A stretch of DNA of 64,000 nt from Perna viridis (lineage: Eukaryota): assembly GCA_037379345.1 (NCBI GenBank), contig CM074517.1:9982001-10046000 (forward strand), given 5' to 3'. This document shows, in pieces, positions 1 through 11,769 of the stretch; position 1 is the stretch's first letter; each line of letters opens with the position of its first letter. The notes below the pieces were generated by a model. It saw only the letters and a program-made list of their open reading frames with translations. It was not told the DNA's origin and ran no database searches. Both the position numbers and the translations under genes were made by a program.

Positions 1-1191
1 ATTGATTTATTCCTCTTGAAATCCGCATACTGGGCAGGGGGCAACAATTATTGACATGATTATCAAATATTAAATACATATGTTTTGATCTATTATAAAA
101 AAAAAAAAATAATGACATGTGCAAAACTGACAAAATGGAAGAGACATTGATAAAGAGATAAAATGTCTTGATAATTAACTTTATTTAAAGGTATCTTACT
201 TGTAATAAAGAACAAAGATTGGCGCAAGTAAAAAGAAAAATCTACATGTGTTATGCAAATCATGCAAATGCACAATGCTGCGTACAATGAAATTTTTTTT
301 TTGTATCACCAAGTTTACATCATGATACAGGCAGAAGTATTTTTGAAATTAAAGCAAGAATACAAGGGGTTTCTTATCATGGAGTCTTAATGTCATATGA
401 ATTCGAAGCATAGCCTAAAACCTAAACAATCATGTTAAAACAATAAATTCAATCTAACCTTTACCAGTAATTACAGATATGAAACACAGTCATATAAATA
501 GATTTTTACTATGTCACCATTCATAATAACTCAGACATGACAAGACAATGAACAAAGATATTTTCTGAGACCAAATGATACCTTGTCATGATAAGTTCCT
601 ATCAAATTGTCATACTTCATTACAAAGTATATCTATCAGAGAACCCAGTGGTTTCATGAAATGATATAATAAGAAATTCAAATAGGACATCTCCATGGTA
701 TTATTGTCTAGTTATGTGTTTATTGTCATTATGTAGACTAATTCTTTTATCTTACATGGGTATACTTGAGGGAGAATGTCAGTTATATCTATTAAATGTA
801 CACAACTTTCAACATCATGAACTTGACCTTTATATATAAAGTAATTACAGACAGTCTTTAATAATGCATTGTTCTACACAGGCTACATATTTTCACATGA
901 TTATCACATGATTTTCATGTGACAAAATTAAGAAAATAAAATTTGTGACAGAGTTTGTATGATATTCATGTTAACTAAATCTTCACATAAATTTCATATT
1001 ATCTTCATTTGAAGCTTCATGCTAAATTCATGTTTATCAAGTCTTATCATTAATTTCATATGCAGCTTTATTATCATCTCCTGTCAGATTCTTATGTAGA
1101 CCTGTACTCAATGCTTTTTTTCACTACTTTAACCATTTCATGTGAACATCATCTGGTCACAATGGTGTATGTAATTAGAAGATCAACACAC

Positions 1192-1277
1192 CTGTCCACC
1201 TCCTGGCACATGTCTGGCATTGTCTAGAGAACCAATCCTAGACCCTGTCGTCTTAGTTGGGGTGGGAGTCTTTCCAG
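1192..1277 (-). CDS. tau: tau/MAP2/MAP4-family gene, coding exon 4 in window: Pro-rich stretch plus first tubulin-binding repeat, (A)GKTPTPTKTTGSRIGSLDNARHVPGGGQ
   Basis: Minus strand ttttcag|CTGGAAAG...GGTGGACAG|gtgtgt; 86 nt, phase 1 in and phase 0 out. Translation matches the tau repeat consensus SKIGSLDNxxHxPGGG. Phase matches the upstream exon. Confidence 0.93.
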
Positions 1278-1678
1278 CTGAAAAATAATTTATACTATAT
1301 ATTATAATCATACTATGTGATAAATTCAACAACAACTTCTTCATGCAAAGCCAACAAGTTGACTTGAAATATTTTGAAACTATTTTACTTTGAAAACAAG
1401 AAATGAATTGTTTTTTTTATGCTATTTGTGCCATTTATCTGATAATTAGAGTGAGCCATGTCATCTAGAGTGGTTGTTAACAAAATCTCAATGAATGCAA
1501 TATCTTTTAAACAATGAAATACAAGTACCTATCTATAAATATTGCTGCAGGTATGAAAATGCTACTTACTAGTAGTGATGTTCCTGTTAAGTCAGAAACA
1601 GACATTGAATGGACTTTAATTCAGAAATTTTCATTAACAAAACATATCCTAAGTATTTTTGTTACTTATTACATGTAC

Positions 1679-1760
1679 CTGTAGTCTTTTTAGGACTTCC
1701 TTCAGATTTAGTTGGCTGACTTCTATTCATTGTGGGAATTGTTGACCTTTTAGCACTTGT
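1679..1760 (-). CDS. tau: tau-family gene, coding exon 3: TSAKRSTIPTMNRSQPTKSEGSPKKTT (basic, Pro-rich, SxIP motif)
   Basis: ttttag|ACAAGT...ACTACAG|gtacat; 82 nt, phase 0 in and phase 1 out, stop-free, compatible with both neighbouring exons. Confidence 0.88.
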
Positions 1761-4700
1761 CTAAAAGCAAATAGTAGAAATACTAATTATAAGAAAAAGA
1801 TCATTAAAATGTTTCATTGTGTACAATTTAGTTGCAGAAATCATGTTTCAAGTGATTCAAATCGTAGAAATTTGACATTTTATGTATAACCAATAGAAAT
1901 AGGCATGAAGAGAAAAAAAGAGATGATTTGTTAAATATAAGCTTTTGTAGCACTAATTTTCAATTATTTTTTCCGTTTAATTGTAATTTTTTATTAAATT
2001 CAAGAAAACTAAAGAAACAGCAATTTTTGAAAAGGAAAATGTTAAAATTTATTAGATGAAGTTTTTTTAATCAAAATTTTTAGTGCAGGGGAGTCATAGG
2101 ATCAACTAAATAATTAGCACATTGGTTTAGTTTAAAAAAAAAACATAAAGTTTTCCAGGGTGTTTGTAGCCAGTGCTTCTGAAAAGTAGTAGATTCATTT
2201 GTTTCAGGCCATATACTTTGTGAAAATTCCAACTTACTTTCTTTAAATTCTTATAGGCATATTTTGAAGTTTCTTTGACATGCAAATCCTAGCATAAAAT
2301 ATTACAAGATTTTTGTGTCATAGTTGAGTCATAATACTGCTTCTACTTTGGTTTCAAAGAATTTGTATGAAAATGAAAGGTTATGGGGTAGTTCTTCCAT
2401 ACAAAAATATAGAACACAAGCTTTGAACAACAAAATATTTTGCCCAAAAGTAGAACAATATGGAGGCTACAGACGGCTGTTTTTGCATAAAAATCAAAGT
2501 GTTCCACACATACTGTCCCTCTTTTCTACATAAAAATATCTCATGACATAAGCTGTTTTTCCATACTTTGTCTGAAATTTAAAATTTTATTCAATTTTTA
2601 TCTTCAGTTTTAGTCAAACAAACAAGCATGAAACGTAATAAAACTTCAATGAAGCCACATATTTAAGAAGTGAATCATGGAATTTTCAAATTTCTTAAGA
2701 CGACCTTGGTTTTCATGGCTGATTTTGATATTTTCTGAACATTCATCTGCAGCTAGATCCCCAATTTTTCACATACCTAGCCTATACCAAAAATTAGCTC
2801 TTTGACAGATGGAGCAGAATTTTCCATTTACAATGGCCTTTTGGGATTCTAAACATATATGGTCACATAAACAAATCCTGCGATATATGTGTACTAGCTT
2901 CCTTTTATATTTAAATAATCTATTCTCTAAGAAGACCTGATAACAAACTTAAACATCACAGCCACTTAATGATAGATCCAAAATATTTACCCAACACCAA
3001 ATTAAACCAGAAGTGAGAGAGTAAACATGAGTTATATAAGACGAATTAAAAACATTGCTCTTGGCTTGTGGAATTGTTTACCTACTCCGCTAAGAACCTT
3101 TCAGTTTATTATTGTACTCAAAAACAACATACCAACTTACTGGAACTTAGTTTGGTTATTGAGAAAATCATGGGTAAAAATAGATTTTCTATGAAGATAC
3201 TGATCCATATACAATTTCATCAAAATCTTAAGTATTTGTAAGCTAGTTTGCTTGGAGTGGGATAGAAAAAGTTAAACTTTGTATCAGTAAAACATTACCA
3301 TGAATTCATGATGTATACATATTTTTTTCATAAAAACTGAAAAAAAAAACTTCCAAATGTCAAAACACATGTACATGTACAGAGTTACCGTTCTTGGTTG
3401 CTACAGAAATAATATTGGACACAGCAAACTTTGAATGTTTATAGCTCCTTATATAACAATGTGATCAAATGACAATGTTAAAAGATATAGACCATAATCC
3501 CAAACTTTATAAATGTTGAGTATAAAATTTTAACAAGCACAACTTTACCTACTTTGTTTTCAGGACCTTGAGGATTTGGAGCAGAACAAACACTGCCCAT
3601 TCCTTAGTACTGCAACATTTGAAGTACTTTCTTATTTTTTAGCACCTGTATGTTTTTGATTGGTATGTTTTATTCATACAAATGTTTTATCTCTGTTTGA
3701 TGGGAAATCCTCTTTACCCTTTCAGATTAGTTTGAAAAAGTTCTGGAGAATGATAGTGTTTCATTCATACATATAGTTACAAATGAAGTACATGTACATT
3801 CTTTTTCTTAATGCCAAACATAGTCATTCCAATATGACTTTCTAACAAACTATTTTCCTAGGAAAACCAATTTATATTAAAGACCCATCCAATCAAACAA
3901 GTAAAACTGAGTTTTGCAAGTCTTAAACAAGCCTCTTCATATTGTTTACTGAGTACTTAACATTTCACATGTCATGTCATGGTTAGAATGGACCCACTGT
4001 TTATCAACCATGGAATCTATTCACAGTCAATTGCTAACACTATTGAAACCATCTACTACTATAATAACAGAATGTCTAAGTTAAGACTTGGTTGGTTATA
4101 CCCCTATCCATGACACATCTGTATGTCTGAATACAGTAACTAGGTTTTGGTATGCATTAAAAGGACTCTGAGGTCTTGCTGGAATCTGTGTATTTTTTGA
4201 CAGAGAGGTAAAAAATTAAAGTGTAACAGTGCAAATCAATTACTGTAGACTACATGTAGAAGACACTTTTCAATGAGTTTTAGAATCAAGGGTCCCCCCG
4301 TGTTTTTACAACACGAATAATATCACTGATTGATATTATCAAAACCAATTTTTACACACTTATATTAACAAAGGGTATGAGTCACTGGGATTTTATTCAT
4401 ATCTAGTTTTCTATGTCAACTGTTGGTGGTACTTTTTGTATGTAACATAAATGGTCATAATGTAAAAATGTAACAGTTTAATCTCTTCCATACTGAGAGC
4501 CAACTGACATGGGTCATACCAGAATATACTGTTTCCTAAGCATTATTTAATGATTTAGTGTAATTCATATGGTATAAAGTATGGCATTTTGATGTATGAG
4601 GCTAGCAAGTAGGCCCTAATTCTAAGGGTTACCATAGAATGGTAGGATAATGCTATTAAATTTGAAAATTCTTTTCTGTGTTATTTCATATAAAATGATT

Positions 4701-7545
4701 CAACAGCAAATCAACTGTAAGAATATAAATATTTCAGGTCAGAATTGGAATATTTCAAATAATTCAAATACGTTTAACATAGAAATAAAGAATTTCTAGT
4801 CATTAATCAACAGTTTAGCAAATGACCTGATTTTAATCAAACCCAAAAGAAACCTTATTAGGAAACTTTCTTTAACCATCTGAAAATGTTAAAACTCATA
4901 CCCAGCAACTACTGGTCGCCAATATGTCCCACTGATACTATCTATAAAACTAAAGTAGTGATGTTATATATTGCATCTTAGTTGTTAATCAGTATTTGAA
5001 TATTTGTTGCCACAATAAAGACCTTTCATCACACTTATTCCCAAATGCAATGTCAACAGTAATAATTTTGAGCTTTGAATCAAAAGCAGGGAAATTATTT
5101 TAAGAAACATGTTCATAACACCACAGATTCCTGTCATTAGCTTTGAAGACACTTGTTCCACAGCAGTTTGCTAATGCATTAAATTAGACCACCAGAAATT
5201 AGTCCTTACACAAGCAATTAGTTAACGGAAATTCCACCACAGTCATTCATTATTCAAATTCAATAGAAGATTTTTCTAAATTACCATGACAATATTAGCA
5301 TCCTACGAGTACTTTGATCCATGTGTTTAATGCCAAAAACCTTTTAAGATATTGGAACAGAGGGTTTATTAGTTATCCCATGACTCCACTGTGCTTTGCA
5401 TTGAAACAATTACTAATCTACAGGACACATGAAGTTAACAAATTCTTTGCTGATACTGCAGTGGTAAGATATCAGTGGTGGATCCAGTAGGTGGGGATTC
5501 CATCTGTTGTTTGAAATCTTTGTTTATTTTGTACAAATTTGGACATAAACAAGCAAATTATAGACTGGAACCCTCCCCCTTTTAAAATATTCTCAGTTCA
5601 AAAATATACTGGATCTAGAAAGTTGATTCGAAAGCAAAATCTTTTCAATTTCAAGCAGATTTCTACATTAAGATTTGACCCTTTATGCCCATTGTTTTCC
5701 CAAACATTACATTAGGTGTAAGATAAAACAGTATTAAAATTGGTACATAATAGGTAATGGGAATTTTGACATTTCAATCTTGATTTTTGAAAATTTTACC
5801 AGATACGGAAGATAAGTGAGATTAATGAATGCCACTGTGTTATTGTAACAGATGCATGTTTAGGTCATTACCATGCATAAGTTGCCACACAAAATCATAT
5901 TTCTAAAGGAAAACTTTAAGTACATATGAAGTACATGTAACTAACAGAAATAGTAATAGATGTCAAGCAGTGCAATCTTGAAAAACTCTTTTGTTTTTCA
6001 GAAACTTTTGTATTTTAACAATTTTAAATTCTTGGCAAAAGAATCTATCATTTTAAAAAATGAAAAATAAATTGTAAGAACATTAATTAAACCACATATT
6101 TTTTTATTTCCATGAAATAAAAGTTTTGCTTCCTAATTCTGAAAGCTTTTTTTATTAAATGGATGAAAAATCTTAATAGCTACATTTAACAATTAGATTG
6201 GCTTACCTCTTTTACCTGAATTCAAATTAAATATTATTGAAAATCTAATCTCTCTGTTAATTTCTTGACCCGAGTTCAATATCCTTAAATAAAATCTCCA
6301 GAAATCTTTGAACTTTTATTAAATATCTAATATGTTGCCATGTTATATTTACCTTTTCTCACCTGGTCAGGTAGGTATAAAGGTATTATTAATCAATTTA
6401 CCTGGAGGATGGAGATTTTATCAGTGGTGTGGAGGGTGGAGATAAATATTTACCACAATAAATCTTTAATAATGAGACTAAATTCAAAAATAGGTAAATT
6501 GGGAAAATTCTTGACTTTTCCAGAAGTAACCGATTTCTAAGTCACAATTAGTTATTAAAGGTAAATTGAACCTTATGTCATTCTTAATATCTTACGTACA
6601 TTACAAAAGATAGGTATCTTTTCTTATATACATGTTGACAATGGAATTGAAGCCTTTACTAACAGAGCTGTACAAATTTAAAGGGAGTATTTAGGGATAA
6701 ATTTCATCTGATCACAGAGAGATCATATGGCATTACTTCTCCTTTTAACTCTTGTCATTTTACAGAAGTTGAGATTAAATTTTCAACTCAAGACAAGAGA
6801 AGAGAGATTGATTTATAAACAAGATAACCATTTAAGTGCCACTCCATATAAAATTCAGACACTGCCTATGGTAGTGGTGATTCATGATGTAGATCCACTG
6901 GTCTACATTCGCTATTTTTTTAAATAAAAATAATCCTTTCTGTGTCCAGATCTGTATTTTTTAGACATTCATCTGCCACTAAAATGAACAAATCAAACCA
7001 GATGAAGAAAAATGACTTGCAAACTGCAAATTTCATGTACAATCTTTATAATTTTTTTCTCAAAACCACAACAACAAATGACAAACTAAGACTGGTGATG
7101 TGGTCTGTAACTGTTTTTGAATTAGAAATAAAAGTGAATTTGGTGGCTTTTTTTTACACAAATGAATCACCTCCTGTCTGATTTTTAAAAAGAATGGTAC
7201 TTAATACTATATACTTACTACATGTATTAACATACACTTTATAGTCAATACATTCAAAGTCATCTCAAAATTTCTTACTGTGGTGTCGAAAATTTCTAAT
7301 CTTGAAGACAAATAGAGTATTACATTTTGTGAATACATGTACCAACTAATTATGGTTTATAGAAATGTTTTATATAGTACAGTTTCAAATTCATGCTTTC
7401 TTATACAGGACCTTAAAATTCCACATAAATTTTATATTTGCAAAATGATTTGGATTTCTATGTTTAATAAAACCCTGAAATCCCCATACTATTTAACAAC
7501 AGTACTTTCACATTATTTTTTTAAAATAATTGATAATCAACTCAC

Positions 7546-7640
7546 CGATCTCGGTGTTACTTTGCCATCTTGAGACTTAGTCTGTGTGTCAGCCTTTTTA
7601 GGAGATTTGTCGTCCTCTACTCCACTGTCTGATGAACCAT
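7546..7640 (-). CDS. tau: tau-family gene, coding exon 2: (D)GSSDSGVEDDKSPKKADTQTKSQDGKVTPRS
   Basis: tttttag|ATGGTTCA...AGATCG|gtgagt; 95 nt, phase 1 in and phase 0 out. This is the C-terminal part of track ORF 7537..7989. Confidence 0.88.
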
Positions 7641-8505
7641 CTAAAAACAGAGAAAAACTTAAGGATCCAAGCACATGTCCACGAAAAATGAAAATTAAAA
7701 CAATTGATAGAAATAAAAACTCACTCTTTGTATCTGGTGAGAATGTAACCACTGCCTTCTTTTGAGTTTTTTGGTATTCTTTTGAGCTAGGGCATAATTT
7801 AGACACTGCTTTCTTCTTCACCATTTTTGTTGAAGTGACAAAATCTTTTTTTAATTTGATTAAAATGCATAAGCTTGTTCTAATAAAATCTCTGTTGTAA
7901 ATCATTAGTTGAATACAAAGCCTTGCTATTAGTGAAATTAAAAGTGTAAAAAATTGGAAAATCCAGTAACACAGGATTACATTTAACAATGGGCTAATGA
8001 TACAAAATATAATAATGGTCTGTAAGTCAGAAAGAGAGCAGTTTGTCTCCCCCTATTCTAAAGATATATGATAGAAGTGGGTAGTATGTTTGTTATTTAT
8101 TATATTCATTTTCAAATAAACAGATTATGTCAATTTAAATACACAATTTAATTTTTTTTCTCTGATAATGGATTTTTTTTATTCACAAGATCAGAAAACC
8201 TCCAAAAAAATATGTTGAAAAAATTGCATTGAAAGTTTTTTTTTGTTGTGTTCGGCATTACAAAGTTTACAGTATGGGAAATGAAATCTTGAAAAATCAT
8301 AATTTAGTTAATCATAATTGGTAGCATCATTATCATAATAAATACACTGTCAGATAATATAACTACATAATAAAATACTCCAAGCTTTTCATTAACTTTT
8401 GTGTTACCAACACAATTTAATACTTGTTAAAGGCAAAGGTTTTAAATAAACCAAATGTGGTCAAAGGGGGATAACTTCAACCAAAACCAAAACTTAAATA
8501 CACTT

Positions 8506-9416
8506 TGGCCTTAATTAAATACTTCTTTGTTTCCCCAAAATCAACCCTACAAATAAAAATTTAGGTAGGCCTGTAGACAACAAATTTTATTTTTTTCTAT
8601 ATTTGTACAATTAAAGTATGTGATTTATCTCAAATTAATTTTGAGTATAAAACAGTAAATTTTCTATAAAAACATTTCATAAATCAAAGCAACAAAGTTG
8701 CTGAAACTCGGAAGTCGCTTGGCGTGTAACCTGCAAGATAGGTTCCCAATGTTTATTTTTTAAGCAATATGCTAGAGTGCCGGTCGTGACATGGACTAAG
8801 GTTTGAGAATGTTTTTGTGTTGAACCTATATTTCCATTGCAACCTGCAGCAAAACAAAACAAAGATGTACACAAATATCGTGAAAAAAATAAGATTATTG
8901 CATTTGTTTACGTTCTTGAGACCTGAAACTTAAAAAAAGGCAGCCGATGATGTTGATTGTGACGCTTCTTGATAATATGGTTTTGATTATGATACCATTC
9001 ACAATGCATAGTTAAAATCCAACACCACCCAAAGAGAGATAACTCCAATTAAATTGTATTGGCTTTTAACTATCTTCTTTGAAATTACTACACTTAAAAA
9101 AAAAATAGTTTGGCGTCTCGATTACCAGTTCAACAATATTTAGTTGAAAATTAACTTAAAATGTTTGAAATATTATTAACTGGGATATCAGTGAAATATT
9201 TAAAGTTTAAAAGAGAATTGCGCATCAATTTGAAGAAAGCATTTCTGTCCGCGAAGTTATCTGCTGGAAGCCCTTTTGTCATTCTTATACTTACAATACT
9301 TGAAGCCACTAACAAGACTTCAGAGTAAAAAATTGCAATAAAGTTTTTGTGGAAGGGGAACTTTGACTATCGGTCATTTGGGATTGGGGAAACAAACAAA
9401 ATTTTATTTTTGGCCT
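8506..9416. mobile_element. ~0.9-kb non-autonomous DNA transposon with imperfect ~30-bp TIRs
   Basis: Left GGCCTTAATTAAATACTTCTTTGTTTCCCC versus right-end reverse complement GGCCAAAAATAAAATTTTGTTTGTTTCCCC. Interior keeps more CpG than the flanks. Confidence 0.6.
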
Positions 9417-9951
9417 TGTGCAATTGAAAACAAAACAAACATGAATACAGAGCATGCCATAATAAAAACAAACACATGCAGTGCTGAATTGAACACATAG
9501 ACAAATTTACAAAAAAGCATCTATTTAAATTATGGACAGAAGAAAATATGAAGTAACAATAAATCCAGTACATTTGTACTATACTGGTTTATAGAATTAG
9601 ATTTCCAAACTTATATAGATCATAATATTTTTGAAATGGAATTAGGAATTGGTCGCAAAAACATTTTTAAAATTACCAGAAAACCTTTAAAACAAGCATT
9701 ATCATATGGTTTCATAATCTTAGAGATTCTATTAACTATCTTGAAATTTACCAGAAAACATTTTTTACTCCAAAATTTATCTTTACCTATCCTTAAGACT
9801 GATATAAAAAACTGAACTATTCTGTAATTCTAAGGCCTCAAGTGAAACAAAACAAAAAACATGTAAACCAAAACAGAAAAACACACAACAACCATACCTG
9901 ACGAGGAATAGATAAGGTAAAAGTCACTGTTAATTAAACTGAAAGGAAAAG

Positions 9952-10038
9952 AAACTTTGTAACAGACTGCACCATCAGAAACAAACTTTGTAACAGGCTG
10001 CACCATCAGAAACAAACATTGTAACAGACTGCACCATC
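9952..10038. repeat. Short tandem repeat, 31 bp x ~3 (AAACAAACTTTGTAACAGACTGCACCATCAG)
   Basis: Three near-identical consecutive units. Confidence 0.9.
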
Positions 10039-11769
10039 TATGTTCAGCTTCACAAACCTAGATCAGATCTAATTGGTTCTTATTCTTATGGCAACACATC
10101 TTTACAATATTACTAGCTTTCTTATTGTCAGGCCATATAGAAAAAATAATGGTTGTAAACATCTTAATTTGCATGACAATTCAGAGAGAGATATTTTGGA
10201 GGTACTTAATTGTGGAAACTCTTATGTCAATTTCTTTTAAAATCATGTAGAACTGTTTTCTTGTAGGCTACATTGTGACCATCTAAAATGATTGATGAGT
10301 AATACATTATAGAATGCAGATAGACATTTGAAAAATAGAAGTTGGGTTGATATTAAAATGCTTAAAGTCTTTTTTTTTAAATCACACTCAATATTTCCAA
10401 AAAAAAAACCTTGAGATTTGACAGGTTTTATTGTCAACCAATGTTTAAGTGTGGCCAGAAATTACAATATAAAGATATCTATCTGCTCCTTCAAGTTTCC
10501 TGCTTTGCTGTACTATAAATGTGTTGTAAACTGATGACAGAAAATCTAAGAACTACTCTATATTTTATTCCCATCACACATTAACTAGAATTAATTACAT
10601 GTAATTAGAGAAACCAAGTGAGGCACAAATCTATTTCAATTTCCTGAATTTTTTTATATCGTACAAAAAACAATGACATTCTTTCAAAGGACTTATTTAA
10701 CATTTTAATTAAGTTTTCAATATGAAATGTAATATCAGTTAATATAGAAATTAAAGAACAGAAGAAGAGACTTCCAGAAGACATTACTTATCTACACTAC
10801 AACTTTGATGAATATTGCCATTTTCGCGAGTCCACAGTGTACAGTTTACATGATACATAGCTATGATAATGCACATCATTTACCTATCCCCTGTTCAGTT
10901 GTTAGAAATTTTAAAATAACCCTGAAACTATATATAGGGTTTACATTGAAAATTGATTAAAGGTGCGATTCAAACTGTTCTAACAAAAAAATGTATATCA
11001 GATCTTGAGTTTTTGAGGCAAGTGAAAGGGAAGTGATATACCTTTAACTTAATATATTTGTACATGTGTAAAAGCAAAAATAAATAAGCTTATTTTCCTT
11101 GTCATAGAATACATTTTTTACCAAAAGGAGATTAAAATTGAAAATACATATATCAATTAAGAAGTTAAAAGTACCTTAAATTCCTAGTCAAATTATAATT
11201 TGTGATGCTTTCATACTCATCTAGACAATTTCCACTAAGGGAAAGGGAAAAGGGCAAATTCATTGAGCTGTAGTGCAAAATTGGTTTTGACCTCCATTTT
11301 AGGGGTTTAGAGGAAGAGATCACTTGAAAATAAATTGAACATATCCATGCATCATGCTTCATTCCAAAGATGAAAATAAAAACTAAAACATGCAACATTT
11401 ATTACAAATAAAAGAAAACAGAAATAATAAAACATACAACAATCAATGCAAGAAACTTCTACATAAAACAAATAAAAATACACCAAAACTCAAAATTTTT
11501 CAGTAGAGGGGATATTTTGTGATAAAAATAATCCTTTAAAAAAACAAAAAGTTTAAATACTGACCATTACCTGATTTATACAGGTACAATCTGAGTTTTG
11601 ATTTTAATACTAAGCAAAACAAAATTCATAAATGCAAATCCATGAAGAAAACCATTGCCCTACAATATAGCAAAGCTACGAACCATGTTTGCGAAGCAGG
11701 GGGTGTTAGTAAACAAAAACAATGCTTGCTATATACTGAGAATGCAAGCTAAACATAGTGCCAGTTAAC

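Noticed and set aside
5473-5620. CAGTGGTGGATCCAG...CTGGATCT as an hAT-like MITE
   Set aside because: Right end too degraded and no target-site duplication; plausible but not supportable.
7641-7989. N-terminal part of the 150-aa ORF 7537..7989
   Set aside because: Lies upstream of a clear acceptor at 7641/7642; only 7640-7546 fits the splice phases.
8677-8874. 65-aa ORF with an acceptor-like ttttgctgcag as an extra exon
   Set aside because: Lies inside a TIR-bounded element, has no convincing donor and its composition is unlike the flanking exons.
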